A program made the position numbers and the translations under genes. Of a stretch of 64,000 bases of DNA, positions 46,553 to 56,712 are shown in pieces. How positions within the stretch are numbered: the stretch's first letter is position 1; each line of letters begins with the position of its first letter. Under the pieces are notes generated by a model, which saw only the letters and a list, made by a program, of their open reading frames with translations, was not told the origin of the DNA and made no database searches. The stretch comes from an uncultured bacterium (GTDB lineage Bacteria > Omnitrophota > Omnitrophia > Omnitrophales > Aquincolibacteriaceae): positions 81,374 through 145,373 of the forward strand of contig CAZDVO010000001.1 in the NCBI GenBank assembly GCA_964508905.1, read 5' to 3'.

Positions 46553-47929
46553 ATGTCGCTTCTGATCGAGACCCTTCGTTCCCGCAAGACTCCCTGGGAG
46601 ATTTTTCAAGAAGTCTACGCTCGTTCTCCCCAATGTTTTTTTCTCGATTCTCCCCAATACGCGCCGCCTGACCAGGTTTACTCTTACCTAGGGATGGACT
46701 CTGAACTGGAGATCCGATTAAAAAGGGGCATTCTGTCCGTCCGGGGTGCTTTCCGCGGAGATTTTACGGGCGCCCGGACAATCGAGGTGCTTCGGGATCT
46801 TCTGAGGAAATACGCGATACGGGAGCCGGCTCGCCATCCGTTCTTCACGGGCGGGTTCGTTGGGTATTTCGGTTACGAAACGGCGGACCTCTGCGACAAG
46901 ATCCGTTTTCGTTCAAAACCGTCTCCGGCGATGCCGCAGATCTATCTCGGGCTTTTTCGGCAGGTGATCGTGTATGACCATCGGAAGCGCGTCTACTTCC
47001 TTGTGGCCCACGCGCGGCAGAGGGCGGTTGCGCGCCAAGTGATCCGGAAGATGAAATGTTTTTTTGAAGAGACCATCCCCAGAAGACGAAGCTTCCGGAT
47101 GAAGAAGTTCTCGGCAGAGATGACGAAGCCCGAGTTCAAGACGATGGTGAAAAAGGCCAAGGACTACATCGCGGCGGGGGATATCTATCAGGCGAATTTG
47201 TCACAGCGGTTCTCCTTCGATTATGAAGGTTCTTCTCTCGAGCTTTACGGGAAGCTCCGGCAGATCAATCCTTCGCCTTTCTCCTGTTTTTTGAAAGCGG
47301 GGGACCTCGAGGTCGTGAGCGCGTCCCCGGAACGTTTGATCCGGAAAAAGGGGAGGTTGTGTGAGACGCGTCCGATTGCGGGCACCTGCCCGGCGAAGGG
47401 CTCCCGGCGTCAGCTTCGCGCGTGGCGGAAAAAACTTCTCGCAAATGACAAAGAGCGGGCGGAGCATCTGATGCTCGTGGATCTGGAACGGAACGACCTG
47501 GGGCGCGTCTGCGATTACCGTTCCGTGAAGGTCGAAGAATTCATGACGCTCGAGAGATATTCCCATGTGGTGCATCTTGTGTCCAAGGTTACGGGGAAAT
47601 TACAGCCCGGGAAAGATGCCTGGGATGTGCTTCGCGCGATATTCCCCGGGGGGACGATCACGGGATGTCCCAAGATCCGCTGCATGGAGATCATTGATGA
47701 GCTGGAGCCCGTGCGCCGCGGTCTCTACACGGGTTCCTTGGGCTATATCGATCTCCATGGGAATATGGACCTCAATATTGTTATTCGGACGATCTTGTTA
47801 CAGCGGGGGAAAGGGCATCTTCAGGTCGGCGCCGGGATTGTGTACGACTCGGACCCCGAAAAGGAATATCGAGAAACGCTTCATAAGGCCAAGGCGCTGG
47901 TGCTGGCGCTCTGGCAGGCGGGGCGGTGA
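46553..47929 (+). CDS. pabB: aminodeoxychorismate synthase component I (chorismate-binding enzyme family)
   Basis: 458 aa; chorismate-binding motifs (PGGTITGCPK, SPERLI); followed by a class IV aminotransferase and folC. Confidence 0.7.
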   Translation: MSLLIETLRSRKTPWEIFQEVYARSPQCFFLDSPQYAPPDQVYSYLGMDSELEIRLKRGILSVRGAFRGDFTGARTIEVLRDLLRKYAIREPARHPFFTGGFVGYFGYETADLCDKIRFRSKPSPAMPQIYLGLFRQVIVYDHRKRVYFLVAHARQRAVARQVIRKMKCFFEETIPRRRSFRMKKFSAEMTKPEFKTMVKKAKDYIAAGDIYQANLSQRFSFDYEGSSLELYGKLRQINPSPFSCFLKAGDLEVVSASPERLIRKKGRLCETRPIAGTCPAKGSRRQLRAWRKKLLANDKERAEHLMLVDLERNDLGRVCDYRSVKVEEFMTLERYSHVVHLVSKVTGKLQPGKDAWDVLRAIFPGGTITGCPKIRCMEIIDELEPVRRGLYTGSLGYIDLHGNMDLNIVIRTILLQRGKGHLQVGAGIVYDSDPEKEYRETLHKAKALVLALWQAGR

Positions 47930-47933
47930 AGGT

Positions 47934-48788
47934 ATGAGCTATCAGATCTATCAATGCGGTAAAGCGGTGACGGGGGCCATGCCGTTTGATGCATTGCGGA
48001 CCGAGGCTGTGGGTATTTTTGAAAGCATGAGAGCTTACAATGGGAAGGTCCATCTTGTAGAGGATCATCTCGACCGGCTTTTGGAATCAGCGAAGACCGT
48101 CGGGTATCGACCATGTCCCTCGAGAAAAGCATTGCTCCGGGAGTTGGCCTTGGCGCTTCGAGCGTCCGGCGAAAAGGAATGTTACGTTCGTCTGACCTTA
48201 TGGGAAGGACGCACGTTCGTGATCCTGGGACACCGGGAACATTCGCGCGAGATCTACGAAAAAGGCGTCGCCCTCAAGACGGCCTCGTTCCCGCGCGGCG
48301 GGCCGAACACATTCCCCTGGCAAGCCAAGGCGTCGGTGTACCAGCAGGCCGTACTGGCAAGCGCCGAGCCACATCCGGATAGGATCTACGATTGGGTGTT
48401 CCTCGACATGGAGAATTTTCTTACGGAAACGCGCGTCGGCAATCTTTTTATCGTGAAATACGCTTCCGGGAACGGACGCAGGGCCGTTACCCTGCTGACG
48501 CCGCCGGAGCATCTAATCTTGAATGGAGTGACCCGGAGGTTTGTGTTAAAATGCGCCCTCGATCTGGATTTTCGGGTACAGCAAGTTCCCCTGACGCGGC
48601 ATGATTTTTTCAACGCAGACGAGGCCTTCCTTACCAATACTTCCTGGGAAGTGCTGCCGGTCCGTGAGTTGGATGGCCGCCTGATCGGTTCGGGGAAGCC
48701 CGGCCCCGTCACTTTAAGCTTACACCGTTTTTTTAAAAGGAGGGTTCAAGAAGATGTTACGTCCCGTCGTCCGCCGCGCGCTCATTAG
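47934..48788 (+). CDS. pabC: aminotransferase class IV; aminodeoxychorismate lyase inferred from context
   Basis: 284 aa from the internal ATG directly after the pabB stop; class IV fold features (ESMRAYNGKV, TNTSWEVLPV). Confidence 0.55.
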   Translation: MSYQIYQCGKAVTGAMPFDALRTEAVGIFESMRAYNGKVHLVEDHLDRLLESAKTVGYRPCPSRKALLRELALALRASGEKECYVRLTLWEGRTFVILGHREHSREIYEKGVALKTASFPRGGPNTFPWQAKASVYQQAVLASAEPHPDRIYDWVFLDMENFLTETRVGNLFIVKYASGNGRRAVTLLTPPEHLILNGVTRRFVLKCALDLDFRVQQVPLTRHDFFNADEAFLTNTSWEVLPVRELDGRLIGSGKPGPVTLSLHRFFKRRVQEDVTSRRPPRAH

Positions 48789-50331
48789 CGTTTCCGATAA
48801 AACAGGCCTTATCACTTTTGCCAAGACGCTGCATAAACACCGTGTTGAGATCCTCTCGACGGGAGGGACCCTGAAAGCGCTGAAAGAGGCCAAGATTCCG
48901 GCCATGGCGGTGGAAGATTATACCGGTTTTCCCGAGATGCTCGATGGGCGGGTGAAAACGCTGCATCCCAAGATCCACGGCGGGCTTCTTTTCCTTCGCG
49001 GCAAAAAGAGCCATCAACAGCAGGCTAAGGCGCACGGCATCAAGCCCATTGATCTTGTGGTCGTGAACCTCTACCCGTTCGAGGCGGCGACGAGCAAAGG
49101 GGACCTGAGCCTCGATGAAGCCAAAGAATTCATCGATATCGGCGGGCCGTCGATGCTCCGCTCCGCGGCGAAGAATTTCCAGTCGGTGACGGTGATCACC
49201 GATGTCGCGGATTATGAGCGTGTGGCCCAAGAGTTGGACGCGCACAAAGGTTGCGTGACGGATGAAACGCGACTGGCGCTTTCCCAGAAGGTGTTTGAGA
49301 AGACTTCCGCGTACGATGCCGTGATCAGCCAATACATGGCCCGCTTCAAGAAAAAGACGGGCGAGGCCCCGGCGCTTCCGCCGCAATTCGTTTTTCATTT
49401 CAAGAAAGCCCAAGACCTTCGTTATGGCGAAAACCCACATCAGAAGGCCGCCTACTACATTCCGACCACGCATAAGGCCGCGGCTTCGTGGACCCAGCTT
49501 CACGGCAAAGAGCTTTCCTTCAATAACCTGATGGACGTGGATGCGACGTTGGACGTGTTGGCGGAATTCAGCGCACCGGCCGCGTGCGTGATCAAGCACA
49601 ACAACCCTTGCGGCATTTCTCAAGACACGCAGGCCCTTGTCGCGGTGGAAAAAGCGATCGAAGGCGATATTCTTTCCGCGTTTGGCGGGATCGTCGGCAT
49701 CAACCGCTGCTGTGACCGCAAGATCGCGAAGAAGGTCCTGGAGAAGCTGGCGTTCTTTGAAGTGTTGGTCGCGCCGTCCTTCAAGCCGGGCGCGTTGAAA
49801 TTGCTCAAGGCCCGCAAGAATCTCCGGTTGATCGAAGTCCATCAGTTCCGCGACGAGAATCTCTACGACGTCAAGTTCCTCCGCACCGGGATCCTGGTGC
49901 AGGAAAAGAACCGGCCCATCAAGGAACATCTCGCGGAGCTCAAGAAGAACCTGAAGTTCGTGACCAAGGCCAAGCTTTCGGAGAAGGAAACCGAAGAGCT
50001 GATCTTCGCGTTCCAGTGCTCCAAGGTCGTGAAGTCGAACGCGATCGTGTTGACTCAGGGCAAACGCACGGTCGGGATCGGCGCGGGTCAGATGTCGCGC
50101 GTGGATTCGGTGCAGATCGCGATCCAGAAGGCGGGTTATTTGACCGAAGGCGCGATGCTCGGCAGCGACGCCTTTTTCCCGATGCCGGATTCCATTGAAG
50201 CGGCGGCGAAGCACAAGATCAAGGCGATCATCCAGCCCGGCGGGTCGATCCGCGACGCGGATGTGATCGCGGCCTGCGACAAGGCCGGGATCGCGATGGC
50301 CTTTACCGGTGAGCGGCATTTCAAACATTAA
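48754..50331 (+). CDS. purH: bifunctional AICAR transformylase / IMP cyclohydrolase
   Basis: 525 aa; MGS-like N-terminus ALISVSDKTGL...LSTGGT. Confidence 0.9.
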   Translation: MLRPVVRRALISVSDKTGLITFAKTLHKHRVEILSTGGTLKALKEAKIPAMAVEDYTGFPEMLDGRVKTLHPKIHGGLLFLRGKKSHQQQAKAHGIKPIDLVVVNLYPFEAATSKGDLSLDEAKEFIDIGGPSMLRSAAKNFQSVTVITDVADYERVAQELDAHKGCVTDETRLALSQKVFEKTSAYDAVISQYMARFKKKTGEAPALPPQFVFHFKKAQDLRYGENPHQKAAYYIPTTHKAAASWTQLHGKELSFNNLMDVDATLDVLAEFSAPAACVIKHNNPCGISQDTQALVAVEKAIEGDILSAFGGIVGINRCCDRKIAKKVLEKLAFFEVLVAPSFKPGALKLLKARKNLRLIEVHQFRDENLYDVKFLRTGILVQEKNRPIKEHLAELKKNLKFVTKAKLSEKETEELIFAFQCSKVVKSNAIVLTQGKRTVGIGAGQMSRVDSVQIAIQKAGYLTEGAMLGSDAFFPMPDSIEAAAKHKIKAIIQPGGSIRDADVIAACDKAGIAMAFTGERHFKH

Positions 50332-50332
50332 T

Positions 50333-50402
50333 TGCGTGCAACGCGCAACGCACAACGCTGGGCGTAAAACCCCTCGCTGTGCGTTGCCCGTTGTGCGTTG
50401 TG
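50333..50402. repeat. long GC-rich hairpin / REP-like element built from CAACGC repeats
   Basis: arms TGCGTGCAACGCGCAACGCACAACG and CGTTGCCCGTTGTGCGTTGTG; shares CAACGCGCAA with 23751-23819. Confidence 0.3.
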
Positions 50403-50409
50403 CCAAACA

Positions 50410-51663
50410 ATGAATTACTCCCAAGCCCTACATTTTCTTCGCTCGTTCACTGATCTCGAAAAACTTTCCCGGCTTCCCCAGAATCCTTTCTTTAACCTCA
50501 AACGGATGAAGTATCTGCTCCGGGCGGACGGTCATCCCGAGAAAAAATTCTTTCCCATTCTGATCGCCGGTACGGCGGGGAAAGGCTCGACGGGATTTTT
50601 TTTGGAGTCGATCCTGAAGGCCAATGGTGTCCGGGCGGGCTACTATCATTCCCCTCATGTCGAAGATCCCCGCGAGAGGATACGAGTTGGTGGGGTCATG
50701 ACCTCGACAAAGGCCTGGGTTGAGGGCCTTTCCGGGATCCGCCAACTGCTCAAGCGGCACCCATTGCCGGCCCGGCTCGGCGCGCTGACCTATTTTGAGA
50801 TCCTGACCTTCCTCGCGATCCGTGTTTTCGCGAAGGCGGGTGTTCAGGTCGGGATCTTTGAGATCGGGTTGGGCGGCCGTCTTGACGCGACGAATGTACT
50901 CAAGGCGCCGCTTGTTATCCTGACCCGGATCCATTTGGATCACGAAGCTTTTCTAGGACGGACGGTCGCGAAGATCGCGGCCGAGAAAGCTGCGATCATT
51001 AAATTCCGGGGACAGGTTGTGATCGGCGAGCAATTCCCGGAAGCGTTCCGGGTGATACAGAAGGCGGTGAGGCGCAACAAAGGAATGCTCTGGGAAGCAA
51101 GCCCTGTCCGAGGGATCCCTTTGGGCCTCGCGGGGGATTTCCAAAGAACAAACGCCGGCGTTGCCTTGAAGGCGGCGGAAGTGCTCGCGGAGCGGTTCGG
51201 TTTCACTTTCAGCCGGGATCTTTCTCTTCAGGGATTAAGATCGAAAAATTGGAAAGGGCGAATGGAGTTTTTTCGTCATGGGGGACGTCTTTTTATTCTG
51301 GATGGAGCCCACAATCCGATCTCGGTCAAAGCGTTGGTTCGATCGCTTCAAAAGGATTTTGGGACAAAAAAAGACGCGTGGCTTGTCTTTGGTGCCATGA
51401 ACGACAAGAACAGCCGCGAGATGCTCCGGATCTTTAGCCGCTTTTTTTCAAAAGTGATCCTGACCGGCGTCAGCGGTTCCCGGGCAAAATCCATTCCGGC
51501 GCTTCTTCGCGAAGCGAACGCCCTTTTTCCGTGCGTGCTGACGGCGGCTTCTGCGGCCGAGGCGTTAGCGATCCTTAAAAAGATCCGGGGGCGCGAGAGG
51601 GCTGTTGTGAGCGGCTCGTTCTATCTTGTGGGAGAGGCCAGGAGGCTCTTGAGGCATGGCTAA
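50410..51663 (+). CDS. folC: folylpolyglutamate synthase / dihydrofolate synthase (Mur ligase family)
   Basis: 417 aa; P-loop AGTAGKGST; Mur-ligase middle and C-terminal domains; the ORF could start at 50398 but that lies inside the hairpin. Confidence 0.75.
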   Translation: MNYSQALHFLRSFTDLEKLSRLPQNPFFNLKRMKYLLRADGHPEKKFFPILIAGTAGKGSTGFFLESILKANGVRAGYYHSPHVEDPRERIRVGGVMTSTKAWVEGLSGIRQLLKRHPLPARLGALTYFEILTFLAIRVFAKAGVQVGIFEIGLGGRLDATNVLKAPLVILTRIHLDHEAFLGRTVAKIAAEKAAIIKFRGQVVIGEQFPEAFRVIQKAVRRNKGMLWEASPVRGIPLGLAGDFQRTNAGVALKAAEVLAERFGFTFSRDLSLQGLRSKNWKGRMEFFRHGGRLFILDGAHNPISVKALVRSLQKDFGTKKDAWLVFGAMNDKNSREMLRIFSRFFSKVILTGVSGSRAKSIPALLREANALFPCVLTAASAAEALAILKKIRGRERAVVSGSFYLVGEARRLLRHG

Positions 51664-53047
51664 GCTCGAGTTCGATGATACGATCGCCGCGATCGCGACC
51701 CCGGCGGGAGAAGGTGGAATCGCCGTGATCCGCGTGAGCGGGCCCGCGGCCTTTCAGGCGGTTGAAAAGAATTTTATTTCCCGTGATCCGGCCAAGTTGA
51801 GCGAGCGGCCGGCGAACACGATCCATTGGGGAAAGATCACCGGTTCCGACGGGGCCCTGGTGGACCAGGTTCTCGTGAGCCTTTTTCGGGCACCACAATC
51901 CTACACGGGCCAGGATGTGGTTGAGATCAGTTGTCACGGTGGTTTCGCGGTCACCCAAAAGGTCCTGGGGCTTCTGCTGGCTGCCGGAGCGCGCCATGCC
52001 GAGCCGGGGGAATTCACGCGGCGTGCCTTTTTGAACGGGAAGCTTGATCTCACCCAGGCCGAGGCCGTTCTGGATCTGATCCACGCCAAGAGCGAGCGCT
52101 CGCTGGATATCGCGGTCCGGCAACTTACAGGATCGCTTTCCCGCACGCTCAAGGGGTTAAAAGAAGAACTGATGCGGCTTTTGGCGCACATGGAAGCCTA
52201 TCTGGATTTTCCTGAGGAGGATCTGGCGGTCGATGTCGTCTCGGGCATGCAGGCCCAGTTCACGGTGACGCAGGAAAAGATCCGCGCGCTCGTCGCCGGA
52301 TTCGAAAAAAATCAAATGATCCGCGAAGGGGTGCTCATCACGCTTGCGGGAAAACCGAATGTTGGCAAGTCTTCGATCTTCAACGCGTTCCTGGAACGTG
52401 ACCGGGCGCTTGTCTCCGAGTTGCCGCATACGACGCGCGATCATCTGGAGGAAGCGCTCGAGATCCGTGGGTTTTATGTGCGGCTTCGCGACACGGCGGG
52501 GCTTATTGCAACGCCGGAACATCCTCTTGAGAAAATGGGGATGGACCGGACACTTGGAGCGTTGCGCGAGAGCGACATCGTTCTCTATGCCGTGGACGGT
52601 TCCCGGCCATTGACGGAAGAAGACCGCCATGTTTTTCGAAATATTCCAGACGACAAACAAACGATCGTTCTCGTGAATAAATCGGACCTCGCCTCCGAGG
52701 TGTCCGAGAAAGCCTTGCGCGATCTGGCGAAGGGATCACCGCTTTTTAAAGTTTCCGCAAAGACGCGGGAAGGGTTCCAGTCGCTCGAGGAGCAGATCGC
52801 CCGTTTGCTTGAGGAGGAGACATCGGAGGCGGGAGAGCGCATCACAAAGTTGCGGCACAAGCAAGCGCTGGAGATCGCTTGGGAGGCGCTTCGCCGGGCT
52901 GAGGATTCCTTCCAGAAGAAAGTATCATTGGAATTTGTGACGCCGGACCTTCGCGTCGCGCTTGAAGCGATGAAAGAATTGACCGGAGAGGTCTATTCCG
53001 AAGATCTTCTCGATGTGATCTTTTCGGAATTTTGCATCGGTAAATAA
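51656..53047 (+). CDS. mnmE: tRNA modification GTPase MnmE
   Basis: 463 aa; G domain GKPNVGKSS; C-terminal CIGK; start overlaps the folC stop. Confidence 0.9.
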   Translation: MAKLEFDDTIAAIATPAGEGGIAVIRVSGPAAFQAVEKNFISRDPAKLSERPANTIHWGKITGSDGALVDQVLVSLFRAPQSYTGQDVVEISCHGGFAVTQKVLGLLLAAGARHAEPGEFTRRAFLNGKLDLTQAEAVLDLIHAKSERSLDIAVRQLTGSLSRTLKGLKEELMRLLAHMEAYLDFPEEDLAVDVVSGMQAQFTVTQEKIRALVAGFEKNQMIREGVLITLAGKPNVGKSSIFNAFLERDRALVSELPHTTRDHLEEALEIRGFYVRLRDTAGLIATPEHPLEKMGMDRTLGALRESDIVLYAVDGSRPLTEEDRHVFRNIPDDKQTIVLVNKSDLASEVSEKALRDLAKGSPLFKVSAKTREGFQSLEEQIARLLEEETSEAGERITKLRHKQALEIAWEALRRAEDSFQKKVSLEFVTPDLRVALEAMKELTGEVYSEDLLDVIFSEFCIGK

Positions 53048-53084
53048 ATTTTCCACGCGCTGCCAAAAAAATCTTAATAAGCGT

Positions 53085-53112
53085 TTGACTTCAAAAATTT
53101 CTGAGCTAGAAT
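53085..53112 (+). promoter_or_regulatory. sigma70-like promoter TTGACT-N16-TAGAAT upstream of nrdJ
   Basis: hexamers read directly; gives a leader of about 270 nt. Confidence 0.4.
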
Positions 53113-53297
53113 CCCACACGCTGAAGGGGCGAGCCAAGAAAAACAAAATCATTCGCTCTCTCCACGAACCATTTTTGAAATGATAGCCCATCTTTAAGGA
53201 TCCCTGCCGGAACGGTGCCCGGGGTAAGCCATGAGAGCTTGCTAGCCGGTGCCGCAAGACAATCCAGAAAAAAGTAAAAGGTTAAACTTTTGCGGTA

Positions 53298-53314
53298 AGC
53301 ACTATATATGGTGG
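53298..53314 (+). promoter_or_regulatory. candidate NrdR box (gCACTATATATGGTGg)
   Basis: 13/16 match to the acaCwAtATaTwGtgt palindrome as remembered; a weaker second site lies about 34 bp downstream. Confidence 0.35.
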
Positions 53315-53384
53315 CTACAGCAAAAAAAACAACGACATATAGTAATATTTAATAAGCTTTTAAAAAGATTGATAGGAGCCAAAC

Positions 53385-56300
53385 ATGATCAAGACAGAGG
53401 AATCCTTACGCGGACAGGTTGTAGCGGGGGCCGGAAAAGGCCTTTCTTTCAAACGGTTTTTTACCAAAGCGGGGACGCATCCTCTTGACGAGATCAAGTA
53501 TGCAAAGCGCAGTTCGGTGATCACCAACCCCGATGGTTCGGTGGTTTTTAAGATGGACAATGTGGAGGTCCCGGAGAGCTGGAGCCAGCTCGCGACCGAT
53601 ATTATCGTCTCCAAGTATTTTCGCAAGGCCGGGGTTCCCGAGACCGGCTCTGAAGTGAGCGCGCGGCAGGTGGTGCTGCGCATCGCGCGCGCGATCCGCG
53701 CCGCCGGCGAGAGGCTCGGCGGTTATTTTAAGACCGCGGAAGACGCGCAGGTCTTCGAAGAGGAGATGTTGCATCTTCTGATCCAGCAGAAGTGCGCGTT
53801 CAATTCTCCCGTGTGGTTCAATTGCGGGATGGACCTTTACGGTATCAAGGGAAGCGGCGGTAATTTTTATTGGGATCCCGTGACCGACACGATCCGCGAG
53901 GCCACGGATTCTTATTCTCACCCGCAATGCTCGGCCTGCTTCATCCAGTCCGTCGATGACAATCTGATGTCGATCTTTGATCTTCTTAAGAACGAAGCGC
54001 GGCTCTTCAAATTTGGCTCCGGAACGGGGACGAATTTTTCAAAACTGCGGGGCCGACAGGAAAAACTTTCCAGCGGCGGGACCTCCTCGGGGCTTATGTC
54101 CTTTCTTGAAGTGTTGGACCGCGGCGCCGGAGCGACGAAATCCGGAGGCACGACGCGTCGGGCGGCCAAGATGGTGTGCCTCGATCTGGATCATCCGGAG
54201 ATCATGGATTTCATCAACTGGAAAGTTCGTGAAGAAAAGAAAGTCGCGGCGCTGATCGCCGCGGGTTATTCGTCTGATTTTAACGGAGAGGCGTATAAGA
54301 CCGTGGCTGGCCAGAACTCGAATAATTCGGTGCGGATTTCCGATGAGTTCATGAAGGCTTATTTGAATGACGGGAAATGGCAGACGCGTTTTAGAACGAC
54401 CGGAGATGTCTGCGAGACCTTTCAGGCCAAGGACATGATGGACCAGGTCGCGTATGCCGCGTGGGCGTGCGCCGATCCGGGCGTTCAGTTCGATACAACG
54501 ATCAACGATTGGCATACTTGCGCGAACACCGATCGCATTCGCGCGTCCAATCCCTGCTCAGAGTTCATGTTCCTGGATGATTCCGCCTGCAATCTGGCGT
54601 CGATCAACGTGATGAAATATCTCCGGCCCGACGGCACCTTTGACGTGGATGGATTTCGACATACCGTGCGGGTCTATATCACCGCGATGGATATTCTTGT
54701 GGATTCCGCGTCCTATCCGACGGAGCAGATCGCACGCAACAGCCACACCTACCGGCCGCTCGGGATCGGTTACGCCAATCTCGGCAGTTTGCTCATGGTG
54801 AGCGGCATCCCTTACGATAGCCCCAAGGCTTCCGCTGTTTGCGGCGCATTGACGGCGATCCTCACGGGACATGCCTACAAGACCTCCGCGGAACTTGCGG
54901 CCGCGAAGGGGACCTTTGTGGATTACAAAAAAAATGAAAGCTCCATGCTTCGAGTGATCGAAAAACACCGGACAGCGGCGCACAAGATATCCCAGGAGCA
55001 CTGCTGGCAGACGCTTCTGGTCGCGGCCCATGAAGATTGGCAGGAGGCTCTCGAGGCGGGGAAGCGGCACGGCTATCGGAATGCTCAGGTGTCGGTGATC
55101 GCGCCGACGGGGACGATCGGGCTTTTGATGGATTGCGACACGACCGGGATCGAGCCGGATTTTGCCCTGGTGAAGTTCAAGAAACTTGCCGGGGGGGGCT
55201 ATTTCAAGATCATCAATCAATGCGTACCCCAGGCGCTACAGAAGCTCGGTTATTCGGAGACCGAGATCCAGGGGATCGTCGAATATATTCAGGGAACGTC
55301 GCGGCTTGAAGGAACGCCGTGGATCAACCGCGCGACATTGGCCGCCAAGGGGTTCACCGCGGCGGAACTCGATAAGATCGAAGCGATGCTTCCTTCTGTC
55401 TTTGATCTGAGCTTTGCTTTCACCAAATGGACCTTGGGCGAAGAGACCCTGAAACGACTCGGCTTTAAGTCGGAGGATTACAGTCATCTTCGTTTTAACG
55501 TGCTAGAGGCTCTCGGGTTTTCACATGCGGAGATCGAGGAAGCGAACAACGTGATCTGCGGCATGATGACGATCGAGGGCGCGCCGCATCTGAAACCGGA
55601 ACATTTGCCGGTCTTCGATTGCGCGAACAAGTGCGGTAAATACGGAAAACGCTTTCTTGAGCCGATGACCCACGTGCGTATGATGGCGGCCGCGCAGCCT
55701 TTTATTTCCGGCGCGATCTCCAAGACCGTCAATCTTCCGCATGAAAGCACTGTGGAAGAGATCAAAAAGATCTATGTAGAATCCTGGAAAATGGGGCTTA
55801 AGGCCGTCGCGCTTTACCGGGACGGGTCGAAGCTTTCGCAGCCGTTGAACACCAAATCCGGGGATTCTGCCTCCGACAAAAAGGCCGAGAAGAAAACCGA
55901 GGCCCAGGCGACGCACCCTCCTGCGCTGGAACGGCGCCGCCTTCCAAAGAAACGCGAGGGGATCACGGTGGAATCCCGTGTTGGCGGACAGAAGGTCTAT
56001 CTCCGCACCGGGGAGTACAGCGACGGCTCCCTGGGGGAGATCTTTATCGATATGCATAAGGAAGGCGCGGCATTCCGGTCCATGATGAACTGTTTTGCGA
56101 TCGCGGTCTCGCTGGGGCTTCAGTACGGTGTTCCGCTCGATGAATTCGTGAACATCTTTACGTTCACGCGCTTCGAGCCGCAGGGGCTCGTGGACCACCC
56201 GAACATCAAGCTCTCAACGTCCATCGTGGATTATATTTTCCGCGTACTCGGGATGGAATATCTTGGGCTGACGGAGTTCGTGCAGGTCCCCCCCGCGCCC

Positions 56301-56549
56301 GAAACCTTGCAGATCCACAAGCGGACCGTGGCCGCCCTCGCGGCCCGGCAGCTCATCGAAGCGCCCCTGACCAAGGAGACATCCGCCAAGCCGGTGAAGA
56401 GCGGTTCCGTGGCCGCGGCCGGCGCCAATGAACATCTGTCGAATATGATGGGAGATGCTCCTTTTTGTACGAATTGCGGTCACGTGACCGTGCGAAGCGG
56501 TTCCTGCTATAAATGTCTCAACTGCGGGAACAGCATGGGCTGTTCCTGA
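53385..56549 (+). CDS. nrdJ: adenosylcobalamin-dependent ribonucleotide reductase, class II, long monomeric form
   Basis: 1054 aa; N-terminal ATP-cone-like region; class II core (NPCSEF, CNL active-site cysteines); C-terminal CxxC...CxxC zinc-ribbon tail. Confidence 0.85.
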   Translation: MIKTEESLRGQVVAGAGKGLSFKRFFTKAGTHPLDEIKYAKRSSVITNPDGSVVFKMDNVEVPESWSQLATDIIVSKYFRKAGVPETGSEVSARQVVLRIARAIRAAGERLGGYFKTAEDAQVFEEEMLHLLIQQKCAFNSPVWFNCGMDLYGIKGSGGNFYWDPVTDTIREATDSYSHPQCSACFIQSVDDNLMSIFDLLKNEARLFKFGSGTGTNFSKLRGRQEKLSSGGTSSGLMSFLEVLDRGAGATKSGGTTRRAAKMVCLDLDHPEIMDFINWKVREEKKVAALIAAGYSSDFNGEAYKTVAGQNSNNSVRISDEFMKAYLNDGKWQTRFRTTGDVCETFQAKDMMDQVAYAAWACADPGVQFDTTINDWHTCANTDRIRASNPCSEFMFLDDSACNLASINVMKYLRPDGTFDVDGFRHTVRVYITAMDILVDSASYPTEQIARNSHTYRPLGIGYANLGSLLMVSGIPYDSPKASAVCGALTAILTGHAYKTSAELAAAKGTFVDYKKNESSMLRVIEKHRTAAHKISQEHCWQTLLVAAHEDWQEALEAGKRHGYRNAQVSVIAPTGTIGLLMDCDTTGIEPDFALVKFKKLAGGGYFKIINQCVPQALQKLGYSETEIQGIVEYIQGTSRLEGTPWINRATLAAKGFTAAELDKIEAMLPSVFDLSFAFTKWTLGEETLKRLGFKSEDYSHLRFNVLEALGFSHAEIEEANNVICGMMTIEGAPHLKPEHLPVFDCANKCGKYGKRFLEPMTHVRMMAAAQPFISGAISKTVNLPHESTVEEIKKIYVESWKMGLKAVALYRDGSKLSQPLNTKSGDSASDKKAEKKTEAQATHPPALERRRLPKKREGITVESRVGGQKVYLRTGEYSDGSLGEIFIDMHKEGAAFRSMMNCFAIAVSLGLQYGVPLDEFVNIFTFTRFEPQGLVDHPNIKLSTSIVDYIFRVLGMEYLGLTEFVQVPPAPETLQIHKRTVAALAARQLIEAPLTKETSAKPVKSGSVAAAGANEHLSNMMGDAPFCTNCGHVTVRSGSCYKCLNCGNSMGCS

Positions 56550-56552
56550 TCT

Positions 56553-56585
56553 TTCTCTTACCGCGAGCCCCCTCTCCGGGGGCTC
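56553..56585 (+). terminator. rho-independent terminator
   Basis: GCGAGCCCC-CTCTCC-GGGGGCTCGC followed by TTTT. Confidence 0.6.
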
Positions 56586-56712
56586 GCTTTTCTCCCCCAC
56601 TTAGGTTTCGAGTTTTTTTTCCGATAAACGTTGGGTGGGATTCAGCTTTATTCACCGGGAAGGATTCCCTATACTGCTTCCTATGCACGCCTGTAAAGGT
56701 AACGGGGATGTG

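Noticed and set aside
48757-50424. 555-aa ORF on the minus strand
   Set aside because: It runs entirely antisense to purH, which has unmistakable AICARFT/IMPCHase motifs. Long antisense ORFs like this are expected in GC-rich DNA, and its translation is low-complexity (R/G/L-rich).
53114-53384. Cobalamin riboswitch in the nrdJ leader
   Set aside because: The B12-box (GCCACTG) and the GGGAA...GGTG core are not recognisable. A B12 riboswitch repressing a B12-dependent RNR also makes little regulatory sense; an NrdR operator fits better.
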